Shown here: positions 27,439 to 38,000 of the stretch, piece after piece
Layout: each line of letters opens with the position of its first letter
Numbering within the stretch: the first letter of the stretch is position 1
Origin: Fidelibacterota bacterium
Lineage (GTDB): Bacteria > Fidelibacterota > Marinisomatia > Marinisomatales > TCS55
Direction: 5' to 3'
DNA length: 47,066 nucleotides
Assembly (NCBI GenBank): GCA_027251445.1
Contig: JAPNQO010000101.1
Coordinates: 1-47,066, forward strand
Position numbers and translations under genes: made by a program
Notes under the pieces: generated by a model
What the model was told of the DNA's origin: nothing
Seen by the model: only the letters and a program-made list of their open reading frames with translations
Databases searched by the model: none

Positions 27439-30039
27439 TTATTTCATTAAAACCATTTTATCCGTTGCACGATATAGATTCTTTCCAGAATTCATGTCAT
27501 TAGCAATTACTTCATAAAAGTAAATACCAGAAGGAACCTGATTTCCAGAAGAATGTTTTCCATTCCATGAAAAACTATGTATACCTGGAGAATACACTTG
27601 GTTACCTAAACGATTAATTTCTCTACCAAGAATATCACTAATTACAACTGTAAGGTCAGCACGTACAGGAATTTCAATACGAATTTGTGTCTCAGGATTG
27701 AATGGGTTTGGATAATTACCCATTAAGGAAAAGTCAATCGGAAGCACTTCATCCATTGTTGATAATACACCTGTGACAAGAGTAAGGGTGCGAGTTCCTG
27801 ATTCAATAGATTCCAATCCATCTGAAGCAACAACTTTCCACGTTCCAGTAAGGGATTGATTCTCACCTATCATTTCCGTTACTTCAGCAGCTGATAGACT
27901 AACTGAAATACCATCTGTCGCTGGGACATCTAGCATAGCTAAATCACCATCAAGAACAACTTTATACCCAATTAAATCACCATCTGGATCCGAAACGCTA
28001 CCACCAAACAAAAATGTTAATTGATCAGTAGAACTTAAATCAACGGTTTCACCATCCTGAGGTGTTGCTTGTGATATGGATCCTTCTGGCCCTCCAAAAC
28101 CCATCAGCCAGTCAACTGAATTAGATAATAAGGTAGTAAAGTCCTCACCACCTTCAATTGGAAAAGCAAAATATATAGTTTTAAACGGAGCATCTGCACC
28201 CATACCATTATATCTAGAACCAGTATTGTTAAAAGACATATCACCTGTAAAAACATGCTCTGCATTTTCTACACTCAAATAATCTCCCCAATTTGTCCAA
28301 CCTATTAATTCGTAATCTAATGGACCATATGCATTGTCATCCCAAGTGCCAGTAACTGGATCGTTATTTTCACCATAATGATTTAAATCTCCAACTCCAC
28401 CATTGGCTCCATCTCCATCATCATCAGGATCATTCCAATAGTATGATAGTCCAAGATAATCATATGCAAAATCGCCTTCAGTAAAACTACCCTCTGAACC
28501 TAATCCTGTTTTCCAAAAGTAATCCATATCGGAATATAATAAACGACCTCCCCGATCAAGAAAATCACCAAATCCATAAATATCATCGCTTCTAGATGGC
28601 ATTGTTCCACCTGCCCATCCATGCTTCACTATCAATTCAAAATTTGGGTGATTAATAACATCGTAATCAACGCCACCACGATCATTTACATTCCAGACAT
28701 AATATCCTGTAAAACCAACCAGTTGATTTAAACCTTCAGAAGATGTATAAATAGAGTTCCCATTCGCTGTATTAAGACTATCCCGTGTACCATCCTGTAG
28801 CACAAGAACCTTTTGAGATGGACCTGGAGCTGATACGCGAACAAAAGAACGAAGGGCACTAGTACTTGACCTTCCAGTAACATCTGTCGCACGAACATAA
28901 AAACTAACCGTATCACCTTCATCCATAGATACATTTGCTAAAAATCTACCTTCTACTTCATCATCCTGACTCATTGCATATTGCTGTTGATAAGGATTTG
29001 CACCTATAGGTGCTATGGTCACATTTAAAGTACATGAAAATGCATCACCATCAAGATCTACGACGTCTGCCCAGACTTCTTTTTCTTCCGCCCATGTATC
29101 GCTAAAATCAGGTAATTGCTCAACAAATGGAGGTACAGCCTCATATTGTACAACAGCCTGAGCTAAATGATGATATGGATATTCTCCATTCCATATTCCA
29201 TACCAGGCGCCACCTTCAGGAGCGATAGAATGCAATGTGGAACGACATGACCAATTATCATTGGCATCTGGTGTTCCATCTTGCCAAATCGTTGCAATGT
29301 TATCAACTCCAGCAGTAGAAGCCATATTATATCCAACATATACATATAACATATCATCTGGCACACCAAGTGAATCTGAAGTTACGTTAATTCCTAAACC
29401 ATCAAGAGTCCATGTAGGAAAATCAAAAACATTCCACCCTCCAGAAGTAGCAGCCCATGGGTCCCATTGACCTTCTGAATTAAAATGATTATCTGGTGAA
29501 CTATTTGAAAATACTGTTGGAATAGTATAAGGCATCAATAGATCAATCGTAGTTGGTAATATACCATCATATGTATTTGCCATACTTGGATATTGACCAT
29601 GCCATAGCCCATCTTCATCCTGCTGATATGCAGGTCCATACACCCAAACATCTACTGGGGCATAATCATCGGCTACATTTCCATCTGGATCTATTACTCG
29701 TGACATTACATGGTATTGATTAATGACACCGGCTGTTAATAAATGTATTCTCGTTACCACTGAATCATCTCCAGTAGTTTGATAATCTGACATAAAATCG
29801 CTATAATCTTCTACGTAGCTCGGACCTGTATAATAGGATATTGTATCAGTAATTGTTCGTTCACCATCGCGACCAATACTTACACCAAGACGGTGATTCA
29901 TTCCACATGCACATGATTTTATTTCAGCAGTTCTTGTTAATAATCTTTGACCGCCTGAATTACTTTTTTCCTTTGCAATCAACATAGGTTGAGTAATTAA
30001 TATTATAGTGAAAACTAGTTTTACTATTTTATCATACAT
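27439..30039 (-). CDS. Secreted acidic multidomain protein with FlgD/T9SS-like C-terminal domain, function unknown
   Basis: Signal peptide; Asp/Trp/Tyr-rich; FLDRGGRLLYS alpha/beta domain; DPDGD motif; GNYPNPFNPET...WNG...PSGIYFY...KMVLMK. Confidence 0.75.
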   Translation of the reverse strand: MYDKIVKLVFTIILITQPMLIAKEKSNSGGQRLLTRTAEIKSCACGMNHRLGVSIGRDGERTITDTISYYTGPSYVEDYSDFMSDYQTTGDDSVVTRIHLLTAGVINQYHVMSRVIDPDGNVADDYAPVDVWVYGPAYQQDEDGLWHGQYPSMANTYDGILPTTIDLLMPYTIPTVFSNSSPDNHFNSEGQWDPWAATSGGWNVFDFPTWTLDGLGINVTSDSLGVPDDMLYVYVGYNMASTAGVDNIATIWQDGTPDANDNWSCRSTLHSIAPEGGAWYGIWNGEYPYHHLAQAVVQYEAVPPFVEQLPDFSDTWAEEKEVWADVVDLDGDAFSCTLNVTIAPIGANPYQQQYAMSQDDEVEGRFLANVSMDEGDTVSFYVRATDVTGRSSTSALRSFVRVSAPGPSQKVLVLQDGTRDSLNTANGNSIYTSSEGLNQLVGFTGYYVWNVNDRGGVDYDVINHPNFELIVKHGWAGGTMPSRSDDIYGFGDFLDRGGRLLYSDMDYFWKTGLGSEGSFTEGDFAYDYLGLSYYWNDPDDDGDGANGGVGDLNHYGENNDPVTGTWDDNAYGPLDYELIGWTNWGDYLSVENAEHVFTGDMSFNNTGSRYNGMGADAPFKTIYFAFPIEGGEDFTTLLSNSVDWLMGFGGPEGSISQATPQDGETVDLSSTDQLTFLFGGSVSDPDGDLIGYKVVLDGDLAMLDVPATDGISVSLSAAEVTEMIGENQSLTGTWKVVASDGLESIESGTRTLTLVTGVLSTMDEVLPIDFSLMGNYPNPFNPETQIRIEIPVRADLTVVISDILGREINRLGNQVYSPGIHSFSWNGKHSSGNQVPSGIYFYEVIANDMNSGKNLYRATDKMVLMK

Positions 30040-30073
30040 AATTATTCTCTCTTACTTTTTTTATTATTATAAG

Positions 30074-31114
30074 TTAAAACTCTAACGTCACTTCAAATGA
30101 ATGAATTGGCGCAAAAAATTTATGGTCTTCAAACGAATATGAAATCCAACTTTTCGTATTAAAGACAGGGCGAAGATTAATACCAAATCCACCAGTAAAT
30201 CCACGCATATTACCATTTAAATCGATTTCAGATGCTTTATTATCGAACATACCATTCAAATTACCATGGCCAATAACAAAATACATCAATTCTCCAAAAT
30301 TATATTCTAATCCAAATGATAAAAATTCAGCCTGGTCTGCAATATTGTGAATGGCGATACTAGGAATTAATTGATCGCTTGCTCGTACAGGAATTGTTAA
30401 TGATGAACCTAAATCAAAACTAATAGGCAAAGAATAACTTTCTGACGTTACTTCGATCCTAACATCTTCTTCTTCAAAGATATTATCACTTAACTTAATC
30501 TGTTGTTGAAGGTTCTCACCTGAGTATTTCATGTCGCCACCAAAATTCTTTATGGAGAAACCAATAGTCATATCATGAAATAAACCAACTTTATATATTG
30601 CACCCATATCGAAAGCTATACCACTTGCAGTTAATTTGTCTATGTTCTGCATCACATATTTAATAGTACCACCACCACTAAATTTATCTGTCATACTTCG
30701 TGCAAATGAAACAAAACCAGCAAAATCATTTGCAGTGAATGTTCTACCTGTGCCAAGAGGTTGTAATTCTGTGGTTTCTTCAATATCTCCTGATAATAAC
30801 CCCAATAAGCCCATTGAAACTGTACCAAAAGCAGGAATATTATATGTAAAAGACATATAATCAAAACTCATCCCTACAAAATAATTGGAATGATGAATAA
30901 CAAAATTAGACCCCGTTAAAGTAGCTGTAGCTGCAGGATTATAACTTAATGCATCAATTAATCCTGGGCGTGCTACCATCGTTCCAGCATTTGCAGATCC
31001 CCTAGTAGTTGTATTGATTTGCAAAAATTTTGCACCAGCACTTCCCTGCCCTGCAATAACTGGGTAATACATAAATAATAAAATAAGTAATATATTAAAT
31101 TTATTTTTCATCAT
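30074..31114 (-). CDS. PorV/PorQ-family outer-membrane beta-barrel
   Basis: GSAGAKFLQI..TTRG.A.AG, ALSYNPA, IEETTE..P.GTG.TF, FSGGGTIKY, AFDMGA.Y, G.SIKNFG and LP; C-terminal LEF beta-signal. Confidence 0.85.
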   Translation of the reverse strand: MMKNKFNILLILLFMYYPVIAGQGSAGAKFLQINTTTRGSANAGTMVARPGLIDALSYNPAATATLTGSNFVIHHSNYFVGMSFDYMSFTYNIPAFGTVSMGLLGLLSGDIEETTELQPLGTGRTFTANDFAGFVSFARSMTDKFSGGGTIKYVMQNIDKLTASGIAFDMGAIYKVGLFHDMTIGFSIKNFGGDMKYSGENLQQQIKLSDNIFEEEDVRIEVTSESYSLPISFDLGSSLTIPVRASDQLIPSIAIHNIADQAEFLSFGLEYNFGELMYFVIGHGNLNGMFDNKASEIDLNGNMRGFTGGFGINLRPVFNTKSWISYSFEDHKFFAPIHSFEVTLEF

Positions 31115-34100
31115 TACGGCCCTAATACAATTGCAATTTTACCTTCTTTGTAGACTGTATTTCCTAGCAATTCACCTTCAAGTTGATACAGATATAATCC
31201 ACTAGCTACTTTTAATCCTTCATAATTTCTTAAATCCCATGAAAGAGTACCTTCTTCATCATATACTTCATTATTTCCTACAACTCCATCCTTTACTAAA
31301 GTAGTAATCCATTCTCCAGCAACATTAAAAATTCTTATAGTACAAGAAGCTGGAAGGTGACGAAAATCAATATGTTGGTTAAATCGATTTTGATCCCATA
31401 AAGCTCGAACGATATATGGGTTAGGAACTACTTTTATTTCGCTTAATGAAGCTCGACTAATTGTATCAAGCATATTTACAGTATAAAATGTGAATTTATC
31501 ATTTACAGTTAAAGGTCTAGATGTCTTAATAAATAGTGTGTCAGGAGTTTCTGCATTTGGTCCATCTGGATACGATAAGGCTTCTCCACCTACAATATTT
31601 TCATCAAACGGCAAAAAAGTTGCTTCAAAACTAGTTGGATTTAGAGCAGTATTTTGCTGCGCTTGCTCGGTAAGTATTCGAAAGGCATTTTTTGTATTAG
31701 CACCATTATCTTCATCTAACACCCACCACAAATAATTTTTTTCTTGAGCTCTTCTTATATTATATGACCACACCTTTTTCCCTAAAGTCATATTATATAC
31801 ACTTATAGGTGTTCGTTGGGCAAAAAAAGTATCATCTCCATTATTGTTATATCGAAAAAATCCTACTGCAGATGTATCAGCAATTGATGAGTCAGAATTA
31901 TCATAGAACGTAATAAAATAATCATAGGGCTCTAAACTTTGAGATCGTAAATCAAACTTAAATATATCAGCCACATTCGTTCCTAAGTTCCAATATACTG
32001 AATCAATACTTAAAGAAGGATTTGTAACCATAAAAATAAAGCCATGATTATTGGTATTTACTTCTTCATTTAAGATACTTGTAGAAGATAAACCATAAAC
32101 TGTCTCTGGAACTAGTTTTCCCGTAAATGTATTCGTATTTACATTTTCAAGTATTAACGGATTATAGCTATACTGAGCAGACACGCTTTCACCAATAAAT
32201 GAAGATGTCATTTCAGAAGTCATAGAAATTATCCCATCACCATAATTCAGTATAGCTCTTACTGTATCCCCACTTTTAATACCTTGAACTATACCATTTC
32301 CCATATCATTCAATATAAGACCATCAATAGTCAAATTAAATGAACCTGGAACAACGACACCTAAAGGTAGGCTGCCATCAATTTCTGATACTGATCCTGC
32401 AATACTTAATGTATCGAAGTAACCCTCACCAGGAATAAGATCTTTTAACGGTTCTATACTTCCAACATTTGCAAGAATAGAATCAATTAAAATTCCATAA
32501 TCTGCTGATTCATTACTTGATTGCAATGGATCATTTTGAAAAAAATGAATTTCATAATTATGCCCTGTTAAATTTTCATAACTTGTGATAGCTTTTAAAA
32601 ACTCTCCTGTGGAAGGACCAGTATGTACATAATTAGAAATTTTAGGCTTTCCTTCTAATTCTAAAGCCATATGTTGTGGACGAACCATTATTATATTTTG
32701 ATATAGACTACTTTCTAATGGTGGAATATCTGCTACTGGCACACCTTGATCATAGGAAACAACAGAATAGAAATAATTCATTCCATCAATTAATCCTTCA
32801 TCTAAATAAGTATAAGATAGTCCATTTTGATTGCCAATTTCTTGCGCTGAGTAGGTTTTTATAACAAATATATCTCCATCTCGTGGGCTTAATGATTGTT
32901 GCGATATTTCAACATCACTTATAGTGCCATCTAAATCTAAATCCTTGTATTCACCATTAGATAATCTCACAAAAAACCCATCGATATAAATAAAATATCC
33001 ATCTCTATACAGATCAATATCAGATAATGTACCACTAAGAGCCTGCATGGCTGTACTATCATATTCCGCATAAGTACGAAAACCTTCCCCCATTGTCATC
33101 GCAGCAATGTTTGGTAGAACAGACTGTCTATTCGTTACATTATAGATTACCATTTTTAATGTATCTACTACTAATCCATCAATTTCCATTTGATGGCTCA
33201 TTAGTTCTATGGTGTATTCAGCCTCAATAAATCGATCTTCAATCGCATCTATCGATGGATTAGAGCTAATATCTCCAGATCCCAAAGGACCAATAAATTT
33301 AGAAATTGCATTCGAAGTTCCTTTCGAATACTCCACAATACCAGACCACTCCGATGAATCTCCTTCAACGTCATAATCAGCAAGTAGCGTCCAATCATTT
33401 TGAAGACCTGAAAGAGAACGATATACTCGATATCCAGCAAAATCAGATTTACCACTAAAAGGATCTATTACTGATTCAGGAAAATTGTCCCAAGATAAAT
33501 AAATTGCTTCATGGGCAGGCTGAGCGCTTAATTTTGGTGATGGTGGTGCTTCAGCTCCAATATAACCTGCATTAAACTTATCGATGGCTGATTGAGTATT
33601 TTTCTTTAGGTCTGATAAAGATGAACCTGCCACCAAAGCAACAGTTACGCTTATAGATTTTCCAGGTTCTAGCTGTATAACGGGTCCACTTGTGGCTAAC
33701 TGTCTGACATCTTGTGGCTCTTCAAAAACTTCAAAACTATCAACCATTGATAATTGAAAATATTTAATGTGATCCATTTCATCATCATCTACATCACCTG
33801 GATGCCCTTCACTTTGTCCAAGATCTGAACGAATCCATGTCTGAAAACCAGTTAGACCTATTTGCCAATCATTCAGTTCATTACCAGCAGCAGGAATCCC
33901 TTTTGAAGGATCTCCTACAGAATCAACAGGTGTTTCAACAAAAACCGATCCCAAGTATCCAGCAGGGGCAATCCATCCAGATTCTTCTGAATCTGAATCA
34001 TATGAATAACCAAGATTTAATGACCTATCAAAGCCTATTAAATCATCATCAGCATACCCTACATCATTATCCATAAAATAACCTACATATATGCTATCTA

Positions 34101-35049
34101 ATGGAAAATCATTCATATTTGTAATTTTAAAATTGATATATAAGTAATCATCTGTCGTCCATGAATATGTCCGTTGTTCAACTTTAATTCCCAAACCACG
34201 AGTATCATAACCTCTATTCCAAAGAAATTTTCCATCTCTTTCATCTAAATAATCACCAAACACAGTATAAGTATCTTCATCAGAGACTATATCACCTCTA
34301 ATATTTTCATTTTCATCCTTACGAAAAGGATCTAATAAAAGCAAACTACTATCTAAACCTAGTGAGCTTGTTGCTAAAAAATCTTTTCTGCGTTTATTGA
34401 TATTTTCAAAATCTAAACGGTATAATGTATCAGATTCAGGGAAGTAATAATCACCTGCCTGTGGAATAAAATAAGACCAGACATCTTGATAATCTTCAAC
34501 AGCTTTATTCTTTTGACCAAATAAGAATTCTCCTTTGTTCTCTTCTAGCTTACCATCAGAGACAGCAGATATGATTTGGTTTGACTGCCAAAGCTTTGAT
34601 ATTGAACTCATTTCAGAATAATAGGCTGTAGTCGCAACACGAACATTTTTAATAGTTTTGTCCCCAATAGTAATTGAACGATCTTCTGGTGTATTAAAAT
34701 TTTCAGACTTTCCGCCAATCCACAAGCCAGCACCCCACGTATAAAATTGATTGGTACCACTTGGGAATTCACCTGTTCTGCCATTATAGGCTCCATAACC
34801 TACAGGGAACTCTCCATTATATCCATCCCATCCTGGTGGAGGCTCAAATACTCCACTTTGCCCCGTATTACTAATTGTATACTGACTAAAGAAACCTGAT
34901 CCAACCCAAGATAAAGTAGGGTCTGGGACCTGATCAAAATTAATAGATCTGTACATAACTTGATCAGGAGGATTTTTCCCAGCATTAACATTTCTTTTAC
35001 TATAAATATTAGAGTAAAGAATAAGAATGGTAAGAATAAATTTAATCAT
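31114..35049 (-). CDS. 1311-aa secreted protein with split FN3-like domain and IKVVPNPY-type C-terminal domain
   Basis: Signal peptide; GLWIGGK, LGIKVEQRTYSW, YVGYFMDNDVG...DD and QDVR..ATSGP; APPSP..LSWD..DFAGYRVYRS ... YFYSVVSYD; C-terminal IKVVPNPY..IDFRHLP..CTIRIFNVAGE..WDLRN..VASGLYLY..KIAIV. Confidence 0.75.
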   Translation of the reverse strand: MIKFILTILILYSNIYSKRNVNAGKNPPDQVMYRSINFDQVPDPTLSWVGSGFFSQYTISNTGQSGVFEPPPGWDGYNGEFPVGYGAYNGRTGEFPSGTNQFYTWGAGLWIGGKSENFNTPEDRSITIGDKTIKNVRVATTAYYSEMSSISKLWQSNQIISAVSDGKLEENKGEFLFGQKNKAVEDYQDVWSYFIPQAGDYYFPESDTLYRLDFENINKRRKDFLATSSLGLDSSLLLLDPFRKDENENIRGDIVSDEDTYTVFGDYLDERDGKFLWNRGYDTRGLGIKVEQRTYSWTTDDYLYINFKITNMNDFPLDSIYVGYFMDNDVGYADDDLIGFDRSLNLGYSYDSDSEESGWIAPAGYLGSVFVETPVDSVGDPSKGIPAAGNELNDWQIGLTGFQTWIRSDLGQSEGHPGDVDDDEMDHIKYFQLSMVDSFEVFEEPQDVRQLATSGPVIQLEPGKSISVTVALVAGSSLSDLKKNTQSAIDKFNAGYIGAEAPPSPKLSAQPAHEAIYLSWDNFPESVIDPFSGKSDFAGYRVYRSLSGLQNDWTLLADYDVEGDSSEWSGIVEYSKGTSNAISKFIGPLGSGDISSNPSIDAIEDRFIEAEYTIELMSHQMEIDGLVVDTLKMVIYNVTNRQSVLPNIAAMTMGEGFRTYAEYDSTAMQALSGTLSDIDLYRDGYFIYIDGFFVRLSNGEYKDLDLDGTISDVEISQQSLSPRDGDIFVIKTYSAQEIGNQNGLSYTYLDEGLIDGMNYFYSVVSYDQGVPVADIPPLESSLYQNIIMVRPQHMALELEGKPKISNYVHTGPSTGEFLKAITSYENLTGHNYEIHFFQNDPLQSSNESADYGILIDSILANVGSIEPLKDLIPGEGYFDTLSIAGSVSEIDGSLPLGVVVPGSFNLTIDGLILNDMGNGIVQGIKSGDTVRAILNYGDGIISMTSEMTSSFIGESVSAQYSYNPLILENVNTNTFTGKLVPETVYGLSSTSILNEEVNTNNHGFIFMVTNPSLSIDSVYWNLGTNVADIFKFDLRSQSLEPYDYFITFYDNSDSSIADTSAVGFFRYNNNGDDTFFAQRTPISVYNMTLGKKVWSYNIRRAQEKNYLWWVLDEDNGANTKNAFRILTEQAQQNTALNPTSFEATFLPFDENIVGGEALSYPDGPNAETPDTLFIKTSRPLTVNDKFTFYTVNMLDTISRASLSEIKVVPNPYIVRALWDQNRFNQHIDFRHLPASCTIRIFNVAGEWITTLVKDGVVGNNEVYDEEGTLSWDLRNYEGLKVASGLYLYQLEGELLGNTVYKEGKIAIVLGP

Positions 35050-35066
35050 AACTATTTATTATAATT

Positions 35067-38000
35067 CTAAAACCAAAGATTTATTCCAAAGTGGAAATAT
35101 CGCGCTGAAGAATAATTATATGGATTATTTAATAAACTTTTCCATAACTGTAAGTGTGTATCATAAGCCTCTTCAGCTGACGAAATAATATTTCCATTTA
35201 TTGGGCTAGTATCTCCAATATATTGAAGATATCTGTTTCTTTCGAAGACTGGGGGCCGACCATTTGTATCTGGCTCTCCGCTGTAGGAGTAGACATAGGT
35301 AGTATTTACCCAGTTAAATACATTTCTTATGTCAAAATACATGCTAAATTTATTGAAATATTTTTCAATCCTCATATCAAGAGATTTATAACCTGGCATT
35401 CTTTTTGATCCAATTTCTTGTGCTTTTCCATATATGTCTGATGGGGTATATGGTGCGCCTGTAGCCAAATTACCTTGAAAATTAAAATTCCAATCTCCAG
35501 TAAGACGACCAATAAAACTGTTACTATTTCTAGTTGGTAAATAATAATTTAAATTAAACTTTAATGAATGCGTAATATCAAACTCCATTGGATATTCTTT
35601 TACAGGGAGTGGCCTATCAGAATCAAAAATATATAAATAATAATACTCTCTATTACTTGACCCTGTTCCTTTTGCTGACATCCATGTATAATCAATGTCC
35701 CCAGTCAAATTACTAAAGTTGTTCAGTTTTAATTTAAATTCAATCCCTTTAATTTTAGCATAGTCTTCCATTTCCATAACAGTGACACTTGCAACTTGTC
35801 CATCAATTAATACTGGATAAGTACGATTTGTTGCAAGATTCATTTGATCTTTAAAAAAGGAAATGATTTCAAGCCCGAGTGTTGGAGAAAATTTATGAGC
35901 AAGTCCAAATTGATATTGGATTGTTTCTTCAGGAGTAATATTAGGGTTTCCAACTAAAGGTAAACCACTTGATATGTCAGCATACACATTTTGATACATC
36001 TCAGAATACTGCGGAAATTGAACAAAATACCCATAGTTCGTATAGATCGCTGTCTTATCAGATGCATTAAAATTAATTCCTAATCTTGGACTCAATTTTA
36101 TTTTTACATCAGCTGGTTGTCTTTCTACAACCCCATCATCAACTAATAAACTAGTTTTTAATGATTCTACATTTGGGTCAAAATAATCCCATCGTAATCC
36201 ACTCATTAAAATAAAATCATTATTTTCATATGTGTTTTCAGCATAAGCAGAACCTGATAATGGCTCATAATTATAAGAATCAAAATAAGGGTTTTGATTT
36301 GCAAATTGTATATCACGATAGTCCATGGTGCTTGAAGTAGTTTTAAATCCAAATTTTGCTGCATTACGCATACTCCACTGAGTATTTATTTGAAATTCTA
36401 TACTTGAATGTGTGCTTACAGATTTATGGCTCCTTGGGCGACCAGGGCCAAATGTATAGACATTAAAAATATCTCGATCATAATAATATCCATTATGCAT
36501 ATTGCCGAGATATGCCCATAAATCATTTTCACGTTGAAAGTCATCATCCCCAAATAAATAACTTGCATATTCTTTTTCATCAAATTCTTTAAAATGAGCA
36601 ATAGAATCCATCGAGTTATAATAGTTTGATTCTTCATCTAAAAATGCAGGTATGAACCATGTTCCTGCCTCATGCCACCTTTGATTATAAGCCACAACCT
36701 TTTCTGATTCAGAAGACCACATTCCTTTAGATAAGTCAAACTGATTGCCTTGTGTATAATAATAATAATAAAAAGCTTGTTCTTCATAAGGTAGACTACT
36801 TAATTGTACTGGATTATTACTTGTGCCTCCAGATAGATCATCAATAACAAAATAACTATCTGATATAAGTGGCAACCCATTAGCATCTGTGAGCTCCTTC
36901 CACAAACGAGTTTTAGGATCATACCAACCATTGTTTTCAGCAAAATTAACCCAATCCAATCGAGTTGATAGGTAATTAAAATCTTTATAAGATGTATTCT
37001 CACCAGATCCATAATTATTGTAATGTTCAAAAGTAGATATCATCAATCTCCATGCAGTATTTTTCCCTAAAGTATTTTGTATTTGCAAACTAAGTCGACG
37101 ACTGCCTTCAAATGTTTTATAATAATCTTTTAACCAATTTCCTTTACTGATACTATGGCTATAGCTTTCTGTTGCCTTATCTTCATAAGAGGCTGACATA
37201 ATCGCATTAAAACCAGAATTAGGTGGGGAAAAAGTCATTTTAAGTGTTCCCATAGGATGAGTATATGAACTATGAGGTAATTTTATTGATCTGGGGCTTA
37301 CAATATCGCTTCCAGCATATGAACCTGATAAATAAAATGACAAATATTTATTTAGACCAGGAAATGGGCCACCAAATTGTAGATTGTATTTTCCGTAGTT
37401 ATTATTATAAATAGAATTATTATTTGAAATCTGATCTGTTTCAAATATTAAATTACCTGAATAATCTTGCTTTGATCCAGATTTAGTCACAACAGTAACT
37501 ATACCAGACATTGCCTCACCAAATTCTGCTGAAAATCCACCCTTAGAAATTGTAAGAACATCAATTGATTCTTTGTCAATTTGGACTCCTTGGGATCGAT
37601 CTACTGGATCATTTGTCAAAATACCATCTACATAAAAAGCAACTTCACCACTACGTCCTCCTCGCATATGAATTCCTCTAGATCTGCCAGCTTCAGTTTT
37701 AACTACACCACCTGCATTTGCAATTACATCAGTGAAGTTTGATACAGGCATTTTATATAGTTGATCCCCTGAATATTTTACTTGTGTTACCACTGATTTT
37801 ACATCGACAGTATTTTCCATACTCTCAGCTACAACATTGACTTCTTGACCTTCTATTGCTTCAACATTCATCAAGCATAAAATTTCTGTTGTAGCTCCAG
37901 GGGACACATCAATACTTTGAATTGTTGTAGATGCGTAACCCATATAAGAAAATTTTATGCTATACTTTCCCGTTATCAGATTAGGAATAACAAATTCCCC

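Noticed and set aside
32908..32943. Dockerin in the 1311-aa protein (DLDLDGTISDVE)
   Set aside because: Only one Ca-loop-like copy; a dockerin needs the duplicated loop-helix
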